Source: Reclinomonas americana ATCC 50394
Taxonomy: Eukaryota
NCBI GenBank assembly: GCA_048213135.1
Contig: PS015373.1
Span: 15,645 to 57,510 of the forward strand
Length of the DNA: 41,866 nucleotides
Reading direction: 5' to 3'
The notes below the pieces were generated by a model. It was not told the origin of the DNA, made no database searches, and was given only the letters and a program-made list of their open reading frames with translations. Shown piece after piece: positions 23,501 to 35,316 of the stretch. Numbering within the stretch: position 1 is the stretch's first letter; the number at the start of each line of letters is the position of its first letter. Position numbers and translations under genes: made by a program.

Positions 23501-24166
23501 TCGCCGGTGCGCTCGTCGCCTCCAAAACCACCACGGCTGGCGTCGCCGCCGAAACGAACCGCAGCGCCGGCGGTGATCTCCAGTGTGACCTCGGCGGCCG
23601 CAGTGGTTGCGACAATACCCGTGGAACCGGAGGAACAGCAGAGTTCGGCTCGAGCACTGCAGAGTCGAGAGGAGCAGCGTCGCATCCTGCAGGAGCTGGC
23701 GCAAAAAGCCAACCTGACTCGCCACGCCGACTCGCACGTGTCGCCCACTGCTCCGGCCTCGGTGACTGCAGTGGCAGGCTCACCGCAACGCTCACCGGCT
23801 GCTGGCAAGGCAGGGTCGCCAGGTCATCGACAGGCGCAGGCGCAGCAGCAGCCAGCTGGCGTCGACTCTGACGGTGACGCCGATGACCAGGTGTTGTTTG
23901 ATGCGGAAGCCGAGCAACGATCCACCAAGTCCGCGCGCCGGTTGCCTTTCAGTGCCGGATCGAGTGGCAGACGACCGTCGCACGCTGACGCCTCCGATGG
24001 CGACGAGGGCGACAGTGAAGGCGACAGCGAGCACGATCGTACTCGACGGGGTCCAGTGCGGCGGCGCTCACTGGAACGGTCATCGCTTCTCGGCACGTCA
24101 GCGCAGCGCCGCTTGAGTGCAACATTGCGCGATTTATCACAAGTGACCGAGCGCTCGGTGTGTTGA
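20594..24166 (+). CDS. Multi-exon long coiled-coil protein with acidic N-terminal and Ser/Pro-rich C-terminal regions; 5' end in gap
   Basis: Successive E/Q/R/L/A-rich heptad-like exons (e.g. EQRVREVELRVRKEATKIQSLVTKFKGKEEELLALKEE) separated by short GT-AG introns; TGA at 24164-24166. Family not recognised. Confidence 0.75.
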
Positions 24167-24369
24167 TCCCTCGTCGCTCCCTGGAATAACACTCTCTCTG
24201 TTTGACTTACCTCCCGCTTGACAGTCGGATGACCGATCACCGCCAGCGCCAGTGGCCAGCGCCGAATTGCTGGAGCATCGCGAGGAAATGGCCAGATTAC
24301 GCAGTGCGGTGGGCCTCTCGCGTGCCAGTCGATGACACAGTGAATCATTCCGACGAACTTCAATTATTT

Positions 24370-27300
24370 TCACTTGGGAGGCACTCGGTACGGCTGCAGT
24401 TCACGGAACTGCGCACACAGATTGTCGACTGCGGCACGATCGGCTCGATGATCGCGCGACGCCAGCAATCGGAACAGCATTATCCTGCCGAGTGGCAGTG
24501 AGCACCCAAGCTGGCGATGTGAGTGAGTCACGTTTGGCGACAGCGTACCTCTGCATGCCACCAGTGTTGGCCACCAACTGAGAAATCTGGGCGCTCGGTG
24601 CCGCAAGATACGCAACGAATGTCTCCTGCAGAGTCATGATGTGTCTGCAGGCGGAGAGATCGAGTCAGCCGCAGCCCCCTTGGCTGGTCGCACGCAAGAG
24701 ACGCAACGCGAGACTCTCATCGCGAATTCCCAGCAATGTGCTCGAGGCGCTATCGTCGTCAAAGAGGAAATGGGCAATTCGCTGTGAATGCGCGTATGCA
24801 CGCACCACGCTCGATGAGACCAACACAATCACAGCTGACACAAGCTCTCTCCTCGCACACAGACCGTGAGAATGCGAAGTCCCGTGTGCACCTGCTCGAG
24901 TGACAGACTGTTCGAGCGCTTTGCAAACAGCACCTCCTCCACACAATTGATGCAGCCCGTCATCTGCGCCGTGGCAATCGCGATCGTGAGACATATTGCG
25001 CGCGGATACGAATCATGCAGGTGATGCGCGATACCATCTTGGACAGGTGATGGTGGAACTCTTCTGGCGCGACATGATTCTCCTGCGAGACCGAAAAATA
25101 TGGTAAGGCGGTAAATCAAGGCAGGGACTGCGAAGCGAGCGCACCATAATGTCGATTTGTGCCTCGATCAAGTCGACTGCGTAGTAGATTGTCAGCGTGA
25201 ACGCCGCACGAATGCACGCAAGTGAGACGAGCACGTATGCGCAACAAACAGGGGTGAGGGCCACAGATATTGCCGACACATCAGACGCTGCCGTCAATGT
25301 CGACGTGAGAGAAAGCACGCGAAAAGAAAACACAAATGACAGCAGGCAGTGGTCGCACCGACAACAGTGGACTTGCTGCCAAAGAGACTGCGGAAGAACG
25401 ACGGATTCTCAATGCCCATGATGCTGGGCACCAGGGGGCGCAGTACACGGAGGACCTGCTCCATCAGAATCAGTGAAGTGCAACCTCACACTCCTCCCCA
25501 CAGCCGTCGTTATCACCTCTTCCACCACCATAGTGTAAATATCTCCACTCAGCGAGCGCAGGCGATCCACGGTACTGTCAAACGATTGCTCCGCAGACGA
25601 GGGCGACGCAAGGGAATACTCCGGACACGCAGTCAGTAGCTCGTGGTGGCTGTCGAGAAGCTCGAGCAACATTTGCACGGCCGCGGCCAAGTTGTTGAGA
25701 TGCACGGCCATCTGCGACGGCGATTGAGAAAGTGGCGATAGAGCGAGGTTACTCACTCACACTCACTTCCGGGGTCAAGAATGATTCCACAACCGGTCCC
25801 CCATGTCGTCGTCCCACGTCAGCAGCAGCGGCGGCAGCAGCAGAGGCCGACGGTGCCGACGGCCGTTTCTGTGTTCGCTTCCTGAACGACTCGACGAGCT
25901 CCATGCCGTAATGCACGAGCGAGTCGCACACTGCCGTCACAATCGTTGAACGCGCTTGCACATAGATATAATCCTCGTGTGCCACAACTTCGTCGCACTT
26001 GTCCAGCGCCGACTGATGTGTGCACGTGCCGTGTGAGACGCACATGTGATGGACAGAATGACGCTGCACTGGTCACCTGACACAGGGTGAAGAGGCGAAC
26101 GACCGATTTCGAAAACAGCGAGGTCGGCGGATCGACGGGTGAGAACTACACACGTAATGTCGCACGTGTGAGCGAGTGGTGGAAGTCTTGAGTAAACGTA
26201 CGCCAGACACGCAACATCCTCGCTGGCAAGCAGACGTGACGAACACTCACGCAGACTGCGCAGCGTCGATGGGTGAGCAAGAACAAAGCGAAGACAGCAC
26301 GGATTGTTCTATCGACGCACAAGTTCACGGCAAAGTTGCACCACTCGTTCAAGTGCGGCCGAAACACTTCACCGAGTGGCACGAACCCGACTCTGCACTC
26401 ACACACACACACACATCAATGATGAGCACTGCAATCCAACAAGGGATTGGTTGTCCACGCACCGATCGCCAATGATCGGAGTCCATTGCTGGGAAAGAGA
26501 CAGCGCAATCCGTCAATGCACAGACATGAACCCATTCCGAGACAGCTTCACAGCAATGACACACCTCGTGAACCTGTCGCATGATGCTGTACAAACTCAC
26601 ACTGCGCAGCAATGCCATCAGCTGTGATCACGGTATCAATACGATGAAAGGTTCCTGACTGCACGCAACAAGGTCGGATCATACGCCTGTTGTCGACCAG
26701 GCGGTACGGCTTTCATAATCTCGGTCACCAGCTCCTCTGCGCGGTGGAATTCAGCAACAGTCGGTTGACGTGACAACGGCTCACGCACAGCCACGCACGG
26801 TAGTAGAGTTGCGCAGAGAAGCGATCCAACTCGTCCTCGCTGCAACAGTTGCCGTCGTGAATAAGTGCCTAATCACAAGTGGTACTGCGAAGAGGAATTC
26901 GCAACAATGTGAAAACATAGGCAAAGTCCTTCCGATCCATCTCCACTGCGGCCATGGCGCCGAGTGCTGCTGCCGAAAGCTCGTGTCCTGGACGACCCGC
27001 TGGACCCAGATGCTCCGCCATTGTCTGCGAGCCGACAATCAGAGTGACCATGTCGGAGATTCCCGGCAGCGCTGAAGCAGGTGACGATGGCGACGGCGCA
27101 CTGCCGGGCACGGCGTCAGGTGGCTTCGCTTCGCGGTACCACTGCAGCATGCGCTTCCTGGTTTGCCTCTGTATACACGTGAGTGTGGTCATTGTCATCA
27201 AGCGCAATACGACTCTCGAGACACACCTCCACGTTGGCGCGCAATACGGCCCACACATCCCCGCCGCACAACGCCCTGTCGTACTCGGCACGATACTGCT

Positions 27301-30300
27301 GTCGGAAGCCGTCGATCTGGAGCACCTGCTCCACAATGCCAATGGCGGTCTCCAAGGATCCGGGAGGCGAGTTTTCTGTGCCACCGCATGTATGGTGGTG
27401 AGCTCAGCGGACACACAGCAGTGCATGCGAGAGCGCGCGTGCAAACCGGGAAATGAGTCCCAGTATGTGCAGATCTTGTCGACCAGAAAGCCGCAGCCAG
27501 TCACCTCGCCGTCTGCCTGCCGCTGCTCGCCGACCACCAGCTTGTGTAAACACTCGAAGAATGCACGCAGTTCTGCCGCCAGAGGTACGTGGCCGACGGC
27601 TACTCGCTGCGACAAGCGCTCTTCGTGCGCTGTTATCAGCGATTGGAGTACCGTCAGTGAGGCCAGGGAGAGTGCCGATTGCGGCTGCTGTTCGGCGACT
27701 GCCCACAGGACTTCTACGGCGCGCACGAAATGCGAATGTGCCGACACGTTGAACAGAGTGCTGAAGCCGGTGAAGATGTTGGCGAAATCCGGCGGGCCAA
27801 ACACATCCGGGTACAGCTCCTTTTCGACTTGCGACACGATGCCGTGCACCAACGATCTGCCGGGCGTGGAACACACGTTAGCATACGCCTCTTGTCTCGC
27901 CCCACATGTGATGACACACCGTTCCAGACGCACGGCCTCATCGGGTGTGCTGCACAAGAGACTGTCGGAGAGCTCGTGGTAAAACATCTGTACGTTGAGT
28001 GAACCTCTGCCGCACATAGTGAGTCCACCGACAGCTCATCCGCACAGTCAAGCACACAAAAGCGCACACCGGACGTCCTTGTCCCTCTTCGACGGACGCG
28101 ACTGCAGGGGGAAGCTCTTGTCGATGAACGTGCCGCTGTTGCTGCCACCAGTGTTTTGCATGGCAATGATTTCTCGAATCTAGCTCCATGTGTCAACAAA
28201 ACCAACAACCACAACCCTACAAGCAGACACATACCGTGAACGACACGCAGCCCTCGAAACGATGCGCACCGAATCGCTCCCAGTCAAAGATCTCAATGTT
28301 GAGGCGCTCGTCGAGATTGTGCACGTACCTTTATGCGCACAAAACACGGTGAGAGCCAAACATGCGTTCACCTTGCCAAGAGACGCAACACTACAGTCTC
28401 TCGGTTCCACACTGGATCCAACGTGTTTGGCACGTGGTCGGTCTCGAAGACGAGTACGCCGTCGAGCAACACCAAAGCGTACGGATCGCTGCTGCCTGTG
28501 ACACAGTTGTCAGCCCATAGTCACTCTTACAACATGCTCTATCCACGTACCAAATAAGTCGCGCCTGGCCACATTGGTTGCGCCAATCACTGCGTGGTGG
28601 AGACAGTGCATTCCTATCAGACGAAGAAGACAGACGCCATACAGTTTCAACAAGGCAGGAACTCACACTTCAGGTAGATTTTGCCAATGGCACCCACGGC
28701 TTTCTGCAACGAAATTTTGGTGCGTGAGTCAGGCGCACCACCCACTGAACTCGCCATCATCTGCCTCATCACTCACAGGATCTGGTGGATATGCTTGATC
28801 TAGCTGCCGCAGAAACCTGCTAATGTGCTCTGTGGCGTGCTGCACGTGCAGAGAGACTTCGGCTGCATCCTGTTGCACGCGCCACATCGCAGTCAGCGGC
28901 GAGCGGCGTTCAAAAAATGACACACAAAGGCCAAACGCACCGAGAAGCGACTCATGAATTGCGGATGACGGTCGGTGACATGCTTGAGGTTGACTTGTAG
29001 CTGATGACGAAAGTGCTGCGAAGCGATAAAACGGCAACGTGAGCAAAGTCAGCCCACCCTCGCATGCAGCTCGCAGGCAATCGTCGCAACGTCGGGAGTC
29101 GCAGAGAGTCGCGCGGTGGCCCGCAGCGCTCGAGCACGGGCGTCATCAAGGCCGAGGGCGTGACTGGTGTACGTCACAATTGAGTACGCACATGGAGAAT
29201 GCCTGCAGGTCTCGCGCAATGGCGACACGGAGTACTTACCGGAGCAACAGGTCGGTCATCACGGTGCGACCCGACACGTGCAGCTCGCTACGAGCATCAC
29301 GCTGGATGCTCTCACGCAGCACATTGTCGATTTCGCCTCTGACAAAGCGCGTGACTTCGCGCGCCACTGCCAAGTCGCATCGATGAGCGAGAAGCACATG
29401 AAGCTGTCATGGAATATGCACGAACCCGCTTCGTTGCCGTCGAGATCGTCCTGCCGAGCAACCACCTCGCTGATCAACGCATCCGCGTGCTGACGGACCA
29501 AGCCAACAGTCGGCCGCTTCGGTCGCTGGAACACTGATGCGTCACGACATCACAAGTGCGTTGCGGTCAGCTCAAAAGAGAGTGGTGTGCGGACAGGCGG
29601 CGTCGACTCACCGAGCTCCTTGAGCAGATTTTTGCCGGCGTGAAACAGGACAGAGAGACCGGTGGCTACCGGCACCGATGGCGCCGACACGAGTGATTGC
29701 ACAAGAAGTGAGCCAGCTGCTGTCGCCGACTCGGCATTGTCGAGCAGCAGCGCCAGCAGGTACTTGAACTCCTCAAAGTCTGCCGCACAGTCGACATGGA
29801 CATGGGTGACGGGAAGCAAGCGCACGCATGCCGCCGTCACCACTCACCGGCATCGCGGATCTCTGTCGAGTCGCTGAGCGCCGACCCAAACAGGTTCACA
29901 CGACCAAATGTGCTGGCCAGCAGTGACAGCGAGCTGTTTGAGTGATGCAACGGTGCCGGTTGCGCACCAGCCATCAACGCCTCAAGCAGCGGCTGCGAGT
30001 ACGTAATCAGCATGGCCAGACCAAACGCCTTCTCACGGTCCTCCACCGCCTCACGCCCTTGCATCTCATTCAGCAGATCCGTGAGCTGTCCCAGACGCAC
30101 ATCATCCTGCACGCAATCTCGCCGTCAACAATATGAATCACTACATCTCCAAGCATGTGACTCCCACCGGCATGGCTTCCCGCGCCACCGTCGGCAGCAG
30201 CGCCAGCGTCGGCGCCTCGCCCGCATGAGTGAACTGCAGCAGATACGCCCACTTTTGCATGCCGGGCTCCGAGGCCAGTGCACTCAACAAAGCCGAGTGC

Positions 30301-30791
30301 TCACTGCATGCTCGTGAGTGACAACTCAACCATGAATCATCGCGCGTATTATGTCACCTTGCGGCATGCGTGCCACTGCCGGAGGCGACTGGCTGCGCCT
30401 GCTTCACGCGTGGTGCAGCAGCCAGAGTGGACTGTGCGTGTGCGTGCGTGCGTGAGAGAGAGAGACAACACACATGCACATGTGCAGAGATTGTGACGAC
30501 TTGCCTCTTCCATGTCCTCCTCCTCGGCCTCCTCTGCCTTTCGCGGTGGTGGCACGCGAGGAGGAGGCACAACAGCAACAGTAGAGTGAGCTCCGGAGCG
30601 TTGTTCCAACACATGCTTCAGTCGCGCGCCCAACGCCGAGTGCGTGTCTGTGGGCACTCGCACAGCGCGTCGTCGCAAGAGACGACCAGCACTGAGAACG
30701 AGTGAGTGACAAGTGCGAAAGAGAGAGAGTGTGTGTGCGTACGAAACGCGGCACTCATGGTCTCCTCGGAGACGCCATCGTCGTCGCTCAT
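24370..30791 (-). CDS. Large uncharacterised multi-exon alpha-helical protein (possibly two genes)
   Basis: Candidate ATG at 30791 (MSDDDGVSEETMSAAF); many - strand exon-like segments (e.g. DFEEFKYLLALLLDNAES, ELRAFFECLHKLVVGEQ, FDSTVDRLRSLSGDIYTMVVEEVI); candidate stop near 24370 (QPYRVPPK*). Not fully spliced. Confidence 0.55.
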
Positions 30792-31017
30792 GACGGAAAG
30801 AAGAAGTAAAGAGGTCAAAAAAATTCCTCGTTTTGGTTCATTCATTTGGGATTCAACAGGAAGAGTACATGCTGCTCGCCCAAGGCCACATCGCGCACAA
30901 AGTCGGCGTCTGTAAACGCCTCCATGCGAACGGGAACCCTGCGTAGAGTTGGAAACAACAAACTGGTTGTCGGAAAAACTGATTGGTGCAGCATGATGGG
31001 ACGGATCCGGAGTCATC

Positions 31018-32424
31018 TCACCACTGAGCAAGCTTGTCTTCCCGCGCCAGTTGCCCGTCCTGCATGCATACAATGTGTGAGTTACGACGTGCGGCAGGAG
31101 GAATTAACTGACGGCAGATACCTCGGCCTCGCCACAACCGTACACTCGACCGGCATCTGCACCACCACGTTTTTAGCTTGCCTTTTCTTTTCTTCTGCAG
31201 GCAGAACAGCTGCTCACCGTCCAGGAATATGGTGGTCTCGGCGCCGGCAAACGCCTTCAGAATGAGCTTGCCTTCGAAGATTGGCTGCAGTAACCGACGA
31301 GGCAACAGTTCGTCTTCGCTCGAATCGTGCCCGAGACGACCCGACAGCCCACGCCCCCACGTAAACACTGTTCCGGTGGCACTAATGGCCACCGTGTGCT
31401 TCACACCGCACGAGACTGCAATGATTCTCTCGTCGGCGATGCGCATGAGACGCGTTGGCTCCCACGCGGCGTCCTCCGAGCCGAGTCCCAGTTTCCCACA
31501 CACTCCCGTGCCCCACATGTACAGGCCTCCATCGTCTGCACACGAGCTTGTTAGTCACGTGCTTGGAGGCCGTCGTCGCTGACAGAACGCAACTCGAAAT
31601 GGCGGCCGAATGCAAGTGCCCTGCCGACACTTGCCGACATCGCTTGTCGCGTAGCGTCGGCACCAGTGAGAACTCCAGCCGGTCGTCCTCGTGACCCAGA
31701 CCAAGCACTGCGCGCATAACAGAGGGCGTTGGAATCGCTCCAAACACAAGCAACGACCAACGCTGCCCTCGTCACACACACACACACACACACACCTCCA
31801 CCAATCCCATTGCCGCACACGCGCACATTCGAATCTTCCGTGATAATGATCGTGTGTGAGTAGCCGCACGCCACCTGTGTCACCCGCAGACCGCCCAAGC
31901 CGATCGTCACGCGCGTTGGAATGCGACGCGTATCGCGATCGCCGTGTCCGAGTTTCCCACGATCGCCTGTCGCACATGAGCCAGCAGCGACCGCCACATT
32001 GCAAGCAGCAGCACAAACCTTCTCCCCACGTAAACAGCATGCCCTCCTCACTAATGCACGCCGTGTAATCCTAACAGCACACATGGTGAGTCTGCGGTCA
32101 CGCTTGTCTTGCATTAGATCTCCATCGTGCACCTTGCCAGCGGCCACTTGCCGCACGGTGACTCCCAACAGAGACTCCACTCGTGTGGGCTCCGTGCGAC
32201 ACTCAAAGTCGCCGTGTCCAAGCTGATACTCCAGTCCCTCACCCCACGTGTACACATGACCGACCTCTGCGCGATCAATCACTCAATGCACATCTCTCGC
32301 GCACATTGGCGTGCAGCAAGAGAGAGAGAGGAGACTGACCAGAGAGCGCCACACTGTGTGTTGGCCCGACGGCAATCTGTGTGAATCGCACCTCTTCCTC
32401 GTTGCCGTACTCTGTCGTGTACAT
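31018..32424 (-). CDS. RCC1/BLIP-II repeat beta-propeller protein
   Basis: Repeats QIAVGPTHSVALS, VYTWGEGLEYQLGHG, LFTWGEGDRGKLGHG, QVACGYSHT, QVSAGHLHSAA, LYMWGTGVCGKLGLG, AVSCGVKHT, VFTWGRGLSGRLGHD; ATG at 32424; 3' end approximate. Confidence 0.92.
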
Positions 32425-32656
32425 CTTCGCAGTGTGTGTGTGGTGTGAGAGAGAGACAGTGAGAGTAAGAGTGAGGATCACAAGTCACGAAACAACAGTG
32501 AGCTTGGTTGGTGTGACGCGATCGAGCATGTCGCCGGTGCCAAGGCGACCACGGCCACCACAGCCGACTACGAAGAGAGCCATTCTCTTGTTGTTATCTA
32601 TGGAGGGGTTGAAGGACACGACGGAGGGCAATGTACACTACTACGTTTGTCGTTGC

Positions 32657-34747
32657 CTACAACTTTGTACTGCGGACAGCACTGGCGCGGATACCTGTGG
32701 CCTCGCCGCGGTATGGTGCGCCGCGTTCGGAAGCACTGGCCACGTCGCGCACCACCGAGCGTCGCTTCTTCATGGCGGTGTCGAGCTTGTTGCGGAACTT
32801 GACGCGGCCAGAGAACGCCTCCTTCTTGCGGTACGGCATCAGGCCCTTGTTCTTCATAATCTGGTACGAGACGTTGCGCTTCTCGCCGTCGTCGACAGTC
32901 GTGTCTGGCAACGGTTGTGGTGCCACACTGCGATCCACGACGTGTCAGCATCACATGCACTCGGCAAATCGCCCCTCTCTTGCACCACACGCAACGGCTT
33001 TCGCGACTCCCGCCTCTGTCGTTTCCTCTCGCTCTGATCCGTAGTGGTCTTCTCGTAGAACGCATCAGCCTCCTGAACACCGGCGGCGTCGTCGGCCAGC
33101 TCGGCATCCAGCTCCTCACGCCGCCGCTTGTTCTTGTTCGCTCTCCTTGTCGCCTCCTCCTCGCCACTCTTGCTGGCCGCCGTGGCCGCCTCCAGCGCCT
33201 GTGAGCGCATCAGCCGTGCCAGCGCCGCCGGATCGGAACCGCTGCGGTCGACAAAGCTGAGGTCGGTGAACTCGTCAAAGTCGCGCAAGTCATTCGGCAA
33301 GTTGACAGCTCCCTGTCGACCGCGCATCTGCTCCTTCTTGGAGAGCGAAAGACGAGTGTAATTGGCCTCCTCGTACTGCCGCCGCTCCTCAGCGAGGCGT
33401 TCTTCCTTCTCGCGACGTCCTCGGTTTGCCGCGCTACCGAACGCGCCGACCACCTCCATCTCCTCCGGTGCGTCCTCCACCTCGGCACGCAGCGACTGCA
33501 CGAATTCGCTCCGTTCTGCTCTTCGCAGCTTCTGCTCCTCCCACCGCTTCTGCTTCTGACGCTTCGCCTCGACCTTTTCTCCATCCTCGTACGTCACGGG
33601 CACCAAGCGTGGCGGGCGGTACACACCACCACTCTCCACCGCCTCGTCGTCGGCCTCCTCCTCCTCATCCACCTCGTCGCCGGCCGCATTCTTGCGCACC
33701 AGAGCCTCCGGCCGTGGTCTGAACGACTTGGCCACGGCCTCGGCGTCGGCTGTCAGCACTCCATCGCCCGTGACCACCTGCCGAGCATCGTGCACCTGCG
33801 CCGCACGCAGCAGCTTCTCGATCGGATACCGTAGCTTCTGATCCAGCGGACGGCACTTTTCCATCACCGCACGCAGTTCCGCCAGTCGTGCAATCACTGG
33901 ATGACGCGCCACCGACCGCGCCTCCAGCTTCAACAACACGTAAAACATGGCATTCATGCAGTACGACAGCAGCAACTCTGCGAAGCGGAAAAACGGATCA
34001 GCATCTCGCCTGTTTGAGTGTGTGAATGTAGCTGGGGAAAGGAGACGCAACGATGCTTGACATGCAAGTAGGCCACGCCATTGGAGGTGGCCAGAGACGG
34101 ATCCTTCTCGGCGCGCTGCAACACAGGCCGCACCGTCTCCTGCACCTCCTTCAATCGCGCACGAATGTCGTCCAACAGATCCAACAGCTCCGGCGCATCG
34201 CGTTGCACCAGCGCCGCCAGCTCCTCCGCCGTGGCCTTTGTCCGCTCCACCGACATGTGCTCCGCGTCCTCCTCATCCTCATCAGNNNNNNNNNNNNNNN
34301 NNNNNNNNNNNNNNNNNNNNNNNNNNNNNNNNNNNNNNNNNNNNNNNNNNNNNNNNNNNNNNNNNNNNNNNNNNNNNNNNNNNNNNNNNNNNNNNNNNNN
34401 NNNNNNNNNNNNNNNNNNNNNNNNNNNNNNNNNNNNNNNNNNNNNNNNNNNNNNNNNNNNNNNNNNNNNNNNNNNNNNNNNNNNNNNNNNNNNNNNNNNN
34501 NNNNNNNNNNNNNNNNNNNNNNNNNNNNNNNNNNNNNNNNTCCATCACTTTGCACACGCGCACTTCTGCATGCTCTGTCTCTAACACACACACACACACA
34601 CACACACACTCGCCTGCACACACTCTCTCTCACTCACTCACCTGTGCTACTTGACGCATCGCTCCTCTCCGCCTTCTCCTCCTCCTCGCGCTGCCGAGCA
34701 GCTGCAGCAGCGTGTGTGAACTTCACCGGCTTGCTCTTGCGAACCAT
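32657..34747 (-). CDS. UTP3: Sas10/Utp3 family SSU processome protein with a neuroguidin/Lcp5-like middle
   Basis: DAPELLDLL; GVAYLHVKHQLLLSYC...HPVIARLAELRAVMEKCRPLDQKLRY (Sas10/Utp3/C1D domain); GVYRPP, DAPEE, RQYEEANYTRL (NGDN/Lcp5-like); C-terminal KRNVSYQIMKNKGL...RVKFR...YRGEATGI...RSTKL* (Sas10 C-terminal domain). ATG at 34747; introns 33978-34051 and 32928-32995; spans a gap. Confidence 0.88.
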
Positions 34748-34862
34748 TCGCGTGTGTGTGCGTGTGTCAATCAGGCGGGACAGATGCGAGAGCGAGCGCA
34801 TCTGTCCTCACTCACTCTAACTCTTACTTATTTCGTTGTTGCACACTGTGCATTGATACACA
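34748..34862. promoter_or_regulatory. Putative bidirectional promoter
   Basis: 115 bp between divergent inferred ATGs at 34747 (-) and 34863 (+); positional inference only. Confidence 0.45.
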
Positions 34863-35285
34863 ATGGCGGCTTCTGGAAGCTCAGCAACAGGCCCGAGCAC
34901 AGCAATGGTTCATTCACTTGCGCATGTCGTCCATCTGCAAGTGTCTATTTTTGACTCACTTGTCTCCCTGTGTGTTTGCACAGGAATCAATGAATATTGC
35001 GCCTCTTGACTGGGAAATCCGATCAACGCGACAGTCGTGGAAGCGGTTTCCGCGACTCTCCAGTGATAAGGTGTGTGTGCATTTCTTTCACATTCACTCT
35101 CAGTCTCACTTTCTCACACACTTTCTCACGTGCAGGGCGCGGTCACTGTGGTGCTCCCCTTCTGCTCTGGTGTGCTGCTGCGCAATCGATGCTATGTTCC
35201 GCTCAACTCAAAGTGGGTGCTGGAGGTGAGTTGATGACGCTCACAAATGTGAGAGTGAGTGTGTGAGAGAGAGACTCACAAAGGC

Positions 35286-35316
<31 letters not shown>

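Noticed and set aside
24370-30791. Assignment of the large minus-strand protein to a tethering-complex or other named family
   Set aside because: Only general helical character is visible; no diagnostic motif I can support.
34990-35233. Apparent separate small gene MNIAPLDWEIRS...
   Set aside because: It splices in frame as 5' exons of the pseudokinase-HECT gene.
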